A stretch of 63,005 nt of DNA, the filler included, from Octopus bimaculoides (taxonomy: Eukaryota), in the NCBI RefSeq assembly GCF_001194135.2. It is 4 parts of 4 records of this genome, joined end to end, with 100 filler letters (N's around TTAATTAATTAA, not from the genome) between each part and the next. Parts side by side here need not be neighbours in the genome. Positions count along the whole stretch, not along the records: positions 6,264 to 31,428 come from NC_068993.1; 3 more parts are not named here. One strand, 5' to 3'. The translations under genes were made by a program, and so were the position numbers. A model generated the notes under the pieces. That model made no database searches. It had not been told where the DNA came from and saw only the letters and a list, made by a program, of their open reading frames with translations. Below are positions 11,660 to 23,497 of the stretch, piece after piece; the first letter of the stretch is position 1, and each line of letters opens with the position of its first letter.

Positions 11660-12203
11660 NNNNNNNNNNNNNNNNNNNNNNNNNNNNNNNNNNNNNNNNN
11701 NNNNNNNNNNNNNNNNNNNNNNNNNNNNNNNNNNNNNNNNNNNNNNNNNNNNNNNNNNNNNNNNNNNNNNNNNNNNNNNNNNNNNNNNNNNNNNNNNNNN
11801 NNNNNNNNNNNNNNNNNNNNNNNNNNNNNNNNNNNNNNNNNNNNNNNNNNNNNNNNNNNNNNNNNNNNNNNNNNNNNNNNNNNNNNNNNNNNNNNNNNNN
11901 NNNNNNNNNNNNNNNNNNNNNNNNNNNNNNNNNNNNNNNNNNNNNNNNNNNNNNNNNNNNNNNNNNNNNNNNNNNNNNNNNNNNNNNNNNNNNGTGAAAA
12001 CAATTGTTCTCTTCCAACATTTTCGACCGTAAAATCCTTGGAGTGTTCGATAAAATGACATGCACTATTTGTTCCGCCTCTTTACGTTCTGATTTCAAAT
12101 CCTGCTAGGTAGAATGGCAGTCAAGCATTGAGATCGATATAGTCATTGCTCTCCTCCAGAGAGTCTCGTGCTAATGTGAGACGGAACGACAGCAACAACT
12201 ATT

Positions 12204-12430
12204 ATCGGCGAGCTGGCAGAATTGTTAGCAAACCGAGCAAAATGTTTAACGGCATTTCGTCTGTCTTCGTGTTCTGAGTTCAAATTCCGCTGAGGTCACC
12301 TTTGCCCTTTCTTCCTTTCGAGGTCAATGAAACAACTCTACCAGTTGAATGCTGGGGTCAATGTAATCGACTTACTCTATTCCCCAAAACTTGCTGGCCT
12401 TGTGTCAAAATTTGAAAACGTTATTATTAT
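12204..12430 (+). mobile_element. Family A SINE
   Basis: Head, B box, core and (TTA) tail. Confidence 0.8.
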
Positions 12431-12759
12431 TGAGTGAAAGAGCAACGCATGACATCAAAGTGACACTGGGGTACAAATATACAAAGCCCAATATACCCAT
12501 CATGTTTATCCGTCTGATAAGGTTACACCAGGCACATGCATCGCAATCACATGTGCGCGACATGGTGCTCTCATATCAAGATAAACAGCGCATGATCTTG
12601 CAGTTGGGGCTCAGTTAGAAGCCCATCCCACTCAAAAGGTCTCTGAATAAGGGTTATTTAAGAATGTTGAACAGAACAGCCATATTACCAAGAATTCTAC
12701 ATGATAACACTTTCAATCAGTTAAGATCAGAAGCAATGAGAGCCAGTGCCTATTACTTT

Positions 12760-12793
12760 ATTATTAATATTATTATTATTATTATTATTGTTT

Positions 12794-12831
<38 letters not shown>

Positions 12832-12844
12832 CTTGTTGTTGTTG

Positions 12845-12911
<67 letters not shown>

Positions 12912-13100
12912 GGTGGTGAGCTGGCAGAATCGTTAGCATCCCGGGCAAAATGCTTAGCGGTATTTCGCCCGTCGCTACGTTTTGAGTTCAAATTCTGCCG
13001 AGGTCGATTTTGCCCTTTATCCATTCGAAGTCGATAAATTAAGTACCAGTTACGCACTGGGGTCGACGTAATCGATTAGTCCCCTACCCCTAAATTTCGG
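12760..13100 (+). mobile_element. (ATT)/(GTT)n microsatellite directly followed by a family A SINE (from 12911)
   Basis: Direct sequence. Confidence 0.85.
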
Positions 13101-13560
13101 CACCTTAAGGAAGTATGCCACTGTGCAGTAAAAATGCTCGGTTAAGAGAAAGCGAGCTCTTCTGTAACAAAACAACGCAAGACCTCAAACCGCTCGTACG
13201 ACCCAGAATAGACTCCAGGAACTTGAGGTATTCGAACTGATGCCACTCTAGCATATAATCTGAAATTAGCTCCCTTAGATCATTACTTCTGATCCCTAGC
13301 TCACTTCTTGCGCTCGCGACGCTTCATCAACTAAAATGATGTTGAAGATTTTGTGAAGTAGTTATTCGTCTCGAAGGACAAGAACTGGTACCAGCGTGGG
13401 ACCAAAGAACTGGCAGAAAGGTGCTTGTAGACAGTGCAATACAATAGCTTCTACTCTGGATATTAGGTTGCTTTTGTAGTAACTTGACGAATAAAGCAAA
13501 TAAGCTACTAAAATACTGCAAAACATTTTGGTGTGGCAAAATGTTTATACAGCTATCAAA
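13095..13560 (+). pseudogene. Decayed mariner transposase C-terminal half
   Basis: NNARPQTARTTQNRLQEL...DHYF*SLAHFLRSRRF..NDVEDFVK*LFVSKDKNWYQRGTKELAERCL*TVQYN, matching the mariner DNARPH, (SPDLAPS)DYHLF and FYRRGI..L.ERW motifs. Confidence 0.8.
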
Positions 13561-14829
13561 TAAGAAAAATCCAATAATGGAAAAGTAATGCTTCGAATCA
13601 GCCCAAAAATGTGTACTCGCTCGTTTTTCAGGATGATGTTCAAAGCTTTTTCAGTACCCTTCACCCCCATATTTTGCACTCCCTGCAACCACAACACCCC
13701 CTGTTGTCGAGCCTATAGCGACACAACTGTACGGGAATCGATTTATTGTGGATGAATTGTAGATTTTGTTTCAAAGGAATTCTACACTTTTACGTTGTCC
13801 CAGGAGGAAAGAGTTCCGTTCTGGATTCTTAGAAACCTCTCATATATTACATATATTAAACTAAACTACTTATTCGTTTAATTATATATTTTATCTTTTT
13901 GTCCATTGAGTGTAGATTATGCTTTGAATAAACGCTGGTGATTTATGTAGCCCAAGGTGGCCAGTGCTGAGTTATGGATGATTAGAAACATCTTATGCAT
14001 AAGATTCATGTCTTAATCTGGTTGGTACAATTAAATGTTGTACCGTAAATAATCTGCATAACATTCAGATCTTTTTCTTTCTTTTTTTTTTTTAAAATTC
14101 AGTTTCTGTTATATATAAACACAAACAAATATAAGAATGGTGTTGTTCTAAATCTAGAGTAAAATATAAAAGACAAACTATTTGTTGCAGAAGTTGGTAG
14201 GCAAACGAAGAATCTGACAAAGCTGTCTGTTGTGTCACAGATAGCACTTACGTAATGGCGGTATGAAATTTTATTCTGTGTCAGCGGTCACTCGTATCGA
14301 AACAGACTGGCCTTATGTGTCATGACGTAATAGTGCTATCACGTAACGGTCTGGTTACTAATTAAGGAACGAAGTCGAAGAAAGAAAAAAAAATATCCTT
14401 CAGTGTCTGTATATTGTAATTTGTCAGGTAGTTGGTTACTATGATAGATATCACTGCCAGAGCACCGATGTAGGTTCCATTCTTACAATATAATGTATTT
14501 TTCAGAATCTTCTTTTGTATATTATGCACATATGTATATGTGTGTGGGGGGGTGTTTGTGTGTCTGTGTGTGCGTGATATGTGTGCGTGCGTGCGTGCAT
14601 ATAAATATTTATACACATAGATGAGTATATATGTCTGTATGTATTTTTTAGGAATGTTTATTAGATATTAAACCACTGCAGACTTTATTTCTAAGTGCAG
14701 AGAATAGACAGTTTAGCATAGAAGAAAGAGTGGTGCCTATTGACCTTCGAAGGTACCCTAATCGACCTGTTAATTTTGCTTTTTGGGGTTACAAACTGAT
14801 AGTTACAACAAAAAAATGTAAAAGTAGAC

Positions 14830-14987
14830 GCAGGCATGGCAGTGTGGCAAGAAGTTTGCTTTTCAACCATAGTCCTGGGGTCACTCCAACAGCGGAGTAC
14901 TTTGAGCAAGTGTCTTCTATAGCTCCGAGCCAACCAAAGCCTTGTGAGTGAATTTGGTAGGTGGAAGTTTTGCGGAAACCCGTTGTA

Positions 14988-15065
<78 letters not shown>

Positions 15066-15250
15066 TTCCCCACAACGGCCTGGCAACCGATGTTGGTTTC
15101 TTTACATCACTGTAACTTAGCGGTTCGGCAATAGATACCGATAGAAAACATACCTGGCTTTAAAAATTAGTATTAGGAACGATTTATTCGTTGAAGGCGG
15201 TACCCCAGCATTGCCACTGTCCAATTACGGAAACAAATAGATAAAAAAAA
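14830..15250 (+). mobile_element. Composite SINE family B: tRNA head + CORE-like block + internal (GT)n + conserved tail
   Basis: GCAGGCATGGC.GTGTGG head, GAGCAAGTGTCTTCTA CORE-like block, long GT run, then CGGCAATAGATACCGATAGAA...AAGGCGGT.CCCCAGCAT tail. Confidence 0.8.
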
Positions 15251-15259
15251 AATATCAAC

Positions 15260-15830
15260 AAAACAGAGTAGGAGGAAAATTTCAGGAGGTGGAGCAGATT
15301 CTAGTGAAGAAGGACTAGATGTAGTGGCTAGTGCGTAAGCTACGGCAGAGAGTGGATGGAAACAGTATTGATAATGAAAAGGAGAGGCTGAGTGAAGATG
15401 GAACGTGACTCAATGGATCCCCGTGAACCAGTGACTAATGTTGCTGCTGTAGGCAAGGTAGAGAGAGGACACAGCATGGTCATGGATGGGATGTTTGGGA
15501 GGGACATGAGGTAACAAAAAGGAGAGATGACTAAATCCCGTGTTCCCGAGTGAATGTAAACATGAGCATACGGATTCTTTGAGAAGATAAGATTGTAGCT
15601 TTAGGAAAAGCAGAATGAGGATACAGCTTGTTTGTAGGTAAGATGTTAGGAAAAATCCTGCAATGAAAAGGAAGAGAAATTACTAAATTTCATGCGCTCC
15701 TAAATGGAAGCAATACGTAACTATGAAGACTCGTGGAACTATGACTAATCATTGTCCCATTGGAAAAGGTTGAGAGTGGACACAGGTATGTCTGTTGACA
15801 AGCTGTTGTAGTCTGTTGGACTGTGATATA
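15260..15830 (-). mobile_element. Highly decayed CR1/L2-like LINE 3' fragment
   Basis: Weak remnants (AVSSLYL; RTSHYI*SFFTR); many disablements. Confidence 0.35.
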
Positions 15831-17336
15831 TCTTGATTCCAAACAAACACAAAAAAACCATTAATTGGTTTCTTCTAAAAATGATATTTCAAACTCAAAT
15901 GAGTCTCATTATAAAATTAACACTGATGTTTATGTTGTTTATCCCAGGTCAGTCGTGGTTCAACAGACATATAATCAAAGACGTTCCAACTGTGGACATC
16001 CAGTCCATAATGTGCATATGAATCCACATTATCCAATACGATGTCCATCTTTTTTTTTTTATTTTTAGTATGGCAGGATTTAAAATTTGAAGGAGATATA
16101 GCTAGTGATTCTAGCAGACAGAACGTCCATATACAGTCCCTTTTGACAAGCTTGTTAATCATATCGCTATGATTTTAACAGCAAAGTCTCCATTCCTGTT
16201 AGTTGTATAGCCACACCTATTATGTCACTCATTTTAGCCACGCCTATTGCTCTACAACACCACGCCTATGTTTTGTTTCTTCAAGATGTCTTTATTAATT
16301 GGACACGCCTACTTACTACTTAGTACATCTTTCATATTCAACAGTTACTCCTGTAAAATATACTGCTTTGGTTTGGACACATTAGATAAGCCTAACAACG
16401 AGAGGGCCTCTAAGTGGTCTTGAGACCTGCTAGAAATAGTTACCAAATCTCTTCCAAATATCACGTTACCGTTTTAAATAATACAATACATTAGTCAGTG
16501 TAGTCATATATATATATATAAAAAAGACAGGATGGTCACAGTTGGAATCTAATAATTTATAGTAAGTCCACCTGCACAAAAATCTTGTATAAATTTTATT
16601 ACCTGGAACAAAACTATGTACTGAAATATATAAATATCTGTCATTAAATACTACAAGGCGGTGAATTGGTAGGATCATAAGTGCGTCGAACAATGCTTAG
16701 TAGTATTTCTTCAGGCTCTTTACAGTCTGAGTTCAAGTACCACCGAAGTACTTTTCTGTCTTTCGTCCCCCTGGGTCGATGAAACAAGGACCTGCCAATT
16801 ACTCAGATCGATGTAATCAGCAACCCCCTCACCCTGAAATTAGAAAGAATTATTATTTAAGAATTATTATTAATGCAACTAGTAAAAGAGAATCGTTAGA
16901 GCGTCGGACAAAATGCTAAGCTGCATTACTTCCGGCTTTTAATGTTCTAATTTCAAATTCCGTCCAGGTCAAATTTGCCTTTCATACCACTACGATAGAT
17001 AAAATAAGTGCCACCCAAGAACTGGGATCGATGTAGTCAGAAAATCCACTCCCCACTAAAATTGCTGGCATTGAGCTAAAACTTGAAACTATTAGAAATT
17101 ACTACAGAATTTTAATTAACCATTTGTTCAAACATTAATTTTTTGTGCGCATACAAAGTATGTTTGTGCGCTACTGGAGGAAAGCCTGTGTGCACATACA
17201 TGCACGTACCCGTGCACACGACGGTTACTTCCTCTTTTACATTTTACTTGCTCCATGCATTGGATTGCGGCCATGCTGGGGCATCCATTTGAAGGGTTTT
17301 AATCGAACAAACCAGCCCTTGTACATATCTTCTTTT

Positions 17337-17560
17337 AATCTTATTTCTTTATTGCCCACAAGGGGCTAAACATAGAGGGGACAAACAAGGACAGACAAAC
17401 GGATTAAATCAATTAGACTGACCCCAGTGCGTAACTGGTACTTAATGTATCGACCCCGAAAGGATGAACGGCAAAGTCGACCTCGGCAGAATTTGAACTC
17501 AGAACGTAACGGCAGACGAAATACCGCTAAGCATTTCGCCCGGCGTGCTAACGTTTCTGC
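17337..17560 (-). mobile_element. Family A SINE, well conserved
   Basis: Reverse complement of the 5697 copy. Confidence 0.85.
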
Positions 17561-17599
17561 CATCCCTTTTAATCTGGTATTTATTCCATTCATATCTTT

Positions 17600-17912
17600 G
17601 GTCGAACCATTAACTAGTTACGGTCACGTAAACAAACGTACACCGGTTGCGAAGCAGTGGTCATGGGTAGCAAACACGAACATACATTAGACGGGCTTCT
17701 ATATAGTTTCTGTTTTCCAAATTCACTCACAAGGCATTATTCGGCCCGGAACACAAACACACACAAGGAGAGATTACACAGTTTCCGTCTGCCAAATTCA
17801 CTCACAAGGCCTGGAATTATAGCAGAAAAAAACTTACCCAAGATACCTCGTCATGAGACTGTACCGGAAACCACGCGATCGCAAACCGAACTTCTTAACC
17901 ACACAAGCCATG
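17600..17912 (-). mobile_element. Family B SINE with internal partial duplication
   Basis: CAGTTTCCGTCTGCCAAATTCACTCACAAGGC block occurs twice. Confidence 0.7.
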
Positions 17913-18426
17913 TATGCACTTATATAGGTCGAATGACTTTGATCTTTAGCCTTAATGATCAGGGTGAACAAGGGTGGTTGAGGACTTAGCTAAGTAACAA
18001 CAACAACTATTACAACTAACACAGCCAATCGTTAAATCCCTGTTTCCATTACTATCTAGTTTATTACAATAGAAAAACGTTTATTACATTTTGACAAGTT
18101 TCCCTGTCATTGTATTATTTATTATATCACACCTGTGGGGACAAAACACGTTCATTATGTGAGCATTTACTTTCTTCTCTTGTTGCAGGTGCCATGTGTT
18201 CAAGAATTTTACAAGTAACCAGCTTATCATTTATATTATCATAAATCAATTTTTTTGTTTGATTGTTTCTGCATTTTGTTTTTGTTGTTTTCTTTTTAAT
18301 TTCTATAAACAAAAATCTATATACACCATCTGTGCATTCTCAGGCGACTATTCTTTCACATCGTACCATTTTTTAATTCTTCTCTCATGGTTTCGGGCAT
18401 ATGCCATACGCACACACACACACACG

Positions 18427-18486
<60 letters not shown>

Positions 18487-19262
18487 CTTCTCAAAAAAAT
18501 TTAGCTGGTATTCTTCCGAATAAAAATGATTTGTTGCATTATGTTCAGTTATTTGTTTAATATTTTATTCTACTTAAATAAAATTATTTGAAATCTGTGA
18601 ACGGTCCACCTTCTTTCTTGATCTCCCTCTCTCACACACATAGAGTCTCTATAACTCTCTCTCTCTCATTCTCTTTCTCTCTCTCTTTCTCTTTCTCTCT
18701 CCCTCACTTTCTCTCCCTCCCCCTATCCCTCTTACTCTCTCTCTCTGGATCTTATTCACTGTTTCTCTATATATGCACATATCTCTTAACTATATACCTG
18801 TTTATCCCTTTAGCTGTATAATTCTATTTATTTACCGAGTTCCCTTTAAAGAATCGTATTAATTGAATTTTCTCAAAATAATTGCCTTTTGACATTAAAT
18901 TGTATTTCTTTTATTTTTTAATATCGCACTAAAATTTTGTTGACTAAAACAACAGATTTATGTTTCAGGAAAGTGCACAGGTGGTTAGATGATTCGGTAA
19001 ACTCTTCACATATTCGGTTGTGTTTGAGTCGTGAGTTCTAATCCAACTCAGGTCTAGTTTTCTTTTTGACCGTCTGGGTATGGATGGGGCAATAAAATAT
19101 ATATTAGGATAAATGTAATCCATTTTATCCCAGAAAACACTGCCGTGCCATTATCCAAGACTAGTGACTGAATCTTGTGCACAAATAGATATTATTTTCT
19201 ATCTAAGCACAAGGCCTGAAATTTTGGGGGAAGGGGCCATTTTCCGGTTTTAGCAGTGAATA

Positions 19263-19999
19263 GATAAAAGCCGGAGTATTTGATGGGCCTCAGATAAGAA
19301 AATTCAGGAAAGATGGGAAATTTGTAAATTCAATGAATTGCATTGAAGCAGCAGCATGAAATTTATTTGCAATAGTTGTAAATGACTATCTGGACAACAT
19401 GAAAGCAACCAATTATGCTGATATAGTAAAAACATGCTGGGGAACTTTCAAAAGCTGGGGGTAAGTATGAGTGCTATCTCCATAACCACCTTGATAAATT
19501 CCCGGAAAATTTTGATGACACAAGTGACGAGCAGGAAGAACGTTTCCATCAACATATAAAACATTCAATGGAACAAAGGTATCCATACAGATGGGACTTG
19601 CATATGGTGGCGGACTATTGCTGGAATTTGGTTTGTAATCCTCCTGAGATTCGGCTCTCAAGAAAATCCTCCATGCGCAAATTCACAGGAAATTAGGTGT
19701 AAACAATAATGAAATTTGTCTGTAAAAATTTGAAGATTTTACTAGTTTTTCAGTAGAATTCTAAGAAAACATTCTGGTTTTGAAGAAAAAACAACTTTCT
19801 ATGTATGTTTGTATGTTATGCTTTGTTCCTCATAAGATGTTTTATTGAAAAAACAATGAAATTCTATAGATCCAGTGTTACAAACTTTTCACGCGATGGT
19901 AATAAATGGATGTCATTCTTGGACTCTTTGTCAGAAAAAACGCTAATTCAAGTCCAAATGTTTTGACAACAGAGAAAAAATATTTTTGTTGGCCTGCGT
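19263..19999 (+). mobile_element. Chapaev3-like (CMC) DNA transposon 3' part, pseudogenised
   Basis: KAGVFDGPQIRK...YLHNHLDKFPENFDDTSDEQEERFHQ...MEQRY..RWDLHMVADYCWNL; ends ttttgttggcctgcgta, resembling a CAC-type TIR. Superfamily assignment is from memory of the motif. Confidence 0.65.
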
Positions 20000-20018
20000 A
20001 AGTGAACATAGCAAGACA

Positions 20019-20445
20019 CAGGTGTGGTGGTGTGGAAACAATTTTGTTTCCTAAACACATGGGCCCGGGTTGTACTACTGCGTGGCTCCTTGGGCAAACG
20101 TTTTCTACTATAACCTCGGGATGACCAAAGCCTTTTCAAAGCCTTACGAGTGAATTTGGTAGACGAAAAGTGAAAGAAGCTCTTCAAGTGTATGTGTGCG
20201 TGTGTGTATGTGTGTGTGTGTGTGTGTGTGTATCTGTGTGTGCCTGTGCTTGTCCTCCGCTGCTGCTTGTTGGATTCTTTACGTCCCAGTAACTTAACAG
20301 TTCGGAATAAGAGTCTGACAGAATAAGTAGCAGGTTTAAAGAAAAATAAGCACTGGTGTCGATTAGTTCTATTGGAACCCTTCGAGGCGGTGCCCCAGCA
20401 TGGCCGCAGTCTTGAAACAAGAAAAAGTTAAAAAAAAAAAGAAAA
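20019..20445 (+). mobile_element. Family B SINE
   Basis: Same head, CORE-like block, GT tract and tail as the 14830 copy. Confidence 0.8.
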
Positions 20446-21236
20446 GATGAAAAGATGAAATAACACATATTACCTTTATTTTAATATAAACTTTGATCCT
20501 TAGTCGAACACGTTTTTAAAATATCAATATTGCTTCATACAGCTGGCCCACCTCACCGAATGAAACAACTGGATTTTGTCTTTAAATGTATTTACCTCAT
20601 ACATAGGTTTGCTTAATATTGTACTGAGCAGAACTTTAACTAGGTAGCGTTATATATTAATCAATTCTGTGAAAGACAGTAGCAACGATGTGTAACTGAG
20701 CTAAAACCATAGAATCAGAGAACATAGAAATCGAGAATGAATCGCAAAAACTGTTTCCGTTCTTGTGTAACAACGTTAAATGTAATTAGCGTGGTAATAA
20801 TATTCTATACGGTTTTAGTCTTTCTTTTTAGAAGCAGCAGCGATAGGAAGGCTGCTTCCGTCATCCTGTTCTTGACAGAGCAATATTCAGCCTGTAATAG
20901 GCTGTGCAGAGTTCCGAAAATAGGTCGCTATTATTCCAGACTGGAATGTTATAGTCTCCGACTTCACACTAAATCACTGAGGTATTACCCAGCATTCTAT
21001 GGACTTCAAAGTGATTTGGCTACTTCTGTATTTAGTGACAAACAAGGCAAGTTATTCGTTAGTAATCAATAACCAAATAACACACACATACACATACAAT
21101 TTCAACAAATACATGGATCAACTTCTATTGTTCATTGATATAGATATTTCTGGATAATTACTTCGAACATTGCAACACTGGACGATAAATATTGTCTCCT
21201 ATAGGATGTAGTATTCGTATTATTGTTGTTGATGTT

Positions 21237-21273
<37 letters not shown>

Positions 21274-21576
21274 GTGATGATGATGATGGTGACGATGGTG
21301 AAGATGATGACTATGATGATGATGATAACGATGATGAGGTTCGTGGTGATGCTGATTAATTATAATAATAAGCTTTTCTTTTATTAGCCGTATGAGCTCA
21401 TACGTACAATGTTAAACGTCATACTAGAGACTTCCAAAGCATATGGAAAACTATACGTGCATGTTCAACTCCCCCACACACACACACTCACACACTCACA
21501 CTCACACACTCACACACTCACACACACACACACACCATTGCACACATGTGTATACTTAATATATTGTACTGCAGTC

Positions 21577-21614
<38 letters not shown>

Positions 21615-22915
21615 NNNNNNNNNNNNNNNNNNNNNNNNNNNNNNNNNNNNNNNNNNNNNNNNNNNNNNNNNNNNNNNNNNNNNNNNNNNNNNNNNNNNNN
21701 NNNNNNNNNNNNNNNNNNNNNNNNNNNNNNNNNNNNNNNNNNNNNNNNNNNNNNNNNNNNNNNNNNNNNNNNNNNNNNNNNNNNNNNNNNNNNNNNNNNN
21801 NNNNNNNNNNNNNNNNNNNNNNNNNNNNNNNNNNNNNNNNNNNNNNNNNNNNNNNNNNNNNNNNNNNNNNNNNNNNNNNNNNNNNNNNNNNNNNNNNNNN
21901 NNNNNNNNNNNNNNNNNNNNNNNNNNNNNNNNNNNNNNNNNNNNNNNNNNNNNNNNNNNNNNNNNNNNNNNNNNNNNNNNNNNNNNNNNNNNNNNNNNNN
22001 NNNNNNNNNNNNNNNNNNATAATATATATAATTATGCACACACACATACGTTCATATATTAGGTGGAACGTTAAACACAGTACTAATAAGGAAAACAAAT
22101 AAGTTCGACCTATCGACCTATCCACATAGCTGCTGCCTGGGATCAGGGCTTCTCAAAGACCCCGCCTATATTTTGCCCGGGGTACCGCAACCTGTTACTT
22201 CCGAACATACTCTTGATCAACTTTAGCATTGACCAACACAAGAAAACTATTAAATTTCTTTCACAGCTGATATTTAACTGTTTATTATAGATTATAATTA
22301 CTGGTGTTGTTTTTCTTCTCTTCTTGTTTCTAGTTTTTTTTTTATCATTTTACAAATAGTTACTCATTTAGGTCTTGTGTGAATTCGAACCATCAATCTA
22401 CTCAACCTCAACTGTTTTTTTTTTAAATTTTTTTTTTTTATGCTTTCCCTTTGGCAGTTTATTTGAATCATCTGGTCTCATTGGAAAGCTGTAAATACCA
22501 GACAAGTGAGTGAATTATGTGGTCCTTTTTCTAAAGACCTCATTTCCTTTCTTCCTTTCTTTCTTCATTCCTTCTTTCCTTCTTTTATCTATATATTTAT
22601 ATATTTATTTATTAGTGTCCTTAGTGGTTTTCATCTTTCTCTAGTCTCCAGCTCTTCACATAACTTCAACACAAGAGAGTAACAAAGCTGTTTGTAGCCT
22701 CTGACCGATCTTGTACTGGAGGAGGAGGGTTATCGGATTCTTGCTGCCCTGCCACGTACTCTGCGCTTCAGGTTGATGTCACGGTGAATAAGACAATTTC
22801 TTCTACTCTATCTCTACACCCTCATTTCTCTACCATACGTATACTACTTTATTTCATTATCAAATACGTATACTTTCATTTCTAATTAATGACTTGTAGG
22901 TACGTGGTATTTCCA

Positions 22916-23078
22916 TTATTTACATTATTTACATTTGACGGATATTTGTCCTCATCTTGTTTGTTGTTAACACAACGTTTCGGCTGATATACCCTCCAGC
23001 CTTCATCAGGTGTCTTGGGGAAATTTCGATCCTGGGTTCTCATTCCTAAGGTATTTTTTGATGTTATTATTATTATTA
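22916..23078 (-). mobile_element. 3' part of the hammerhead-bearing SINE-like element
   Basis: Minus strand reads (AAT)n, 50-nt body, hammerhead, then a tail ending in (AATGTAAAT)x2. Confidence 0.75.
22969..23014 (-). ncRNA. Minimal type I hammerhead ribozyme (Penelope-associated type)
   Basis: GACAC-CUGAUGA-A-GGCUG[GAGGGUAUAU]CAGCC-GAAAC-GUU-GUGUU. Stem I 5 bp (one G-U), stem II 5 bp, loopless stem III within palindrome AACGUU; predicted cut between 22974 and 22973. Confidence 0.8.
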
Positions 23079-23279
23079 GTGAGTGAATTATTTCATCCCT
23101 TTGCTAAGGACTTTATTTGCCTTTCATTTCCTTTCTTCCTTCCTTTCTTCCTTTCTTTCTTCATTCCTTCTTTCCTTCCTTTATCTATATATTTATATAT
23201 TTATTTATAAGTGTCCTTAATGGTTTTCATCTTTCTCTAATCTCTAGCTCTTCACATAACTTCAACACAAGAGAGTAAC

Positions 23280-23350
23280 GGACATATGGCGTAGTGGTTA
23301 AGAGCGCGGTCTACTAACCACAAGCTTCCGAGTTCGATTCTAGGCAGTGA

Positions 23351-23382
<32 letters not shown>

Positions 23383-23497
23383 TCGAAAAATACATTAGGA
23401 ATGAGAACCCAGGTTCGAAATTTTCCCAGGCTCCAGCAGGGGTTGGTGGTGACCCCTGTTGTACTCTTTCGCCCCAACTTTCTCTCACTCTTTCTTC
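23280..23497 (+). mobile_element. 5' part of the same element (tRNA head + (AAT)n + body) fused to a family C SINE segment
   Basis: A box TGGCGTAGTGG (23287-23297), B box GAGTTCGATTC (23330-23340); body 23382-23429 matches the reverse complement of 23015-23078; from 23428 it matches the family C interior. Confidence 0.75.

Larger units (their letters stand above)
22506..23280 (+). repeat. About 190-bp direct repeat pair (22506-22683 and 23079-23280)
   Basis: Both start gtgagtgaattat and end ctcttcacataacttcaacacaagagagtaac. Confidence 0.9.

Noticed and set aside
23280-23355. tRNA gene (also the heads at 7773, 53560-53636 and 61955)
   Set aside because: A/B boxes are present but I could not fold a full cloverleaf, and each continues into a SINE body.
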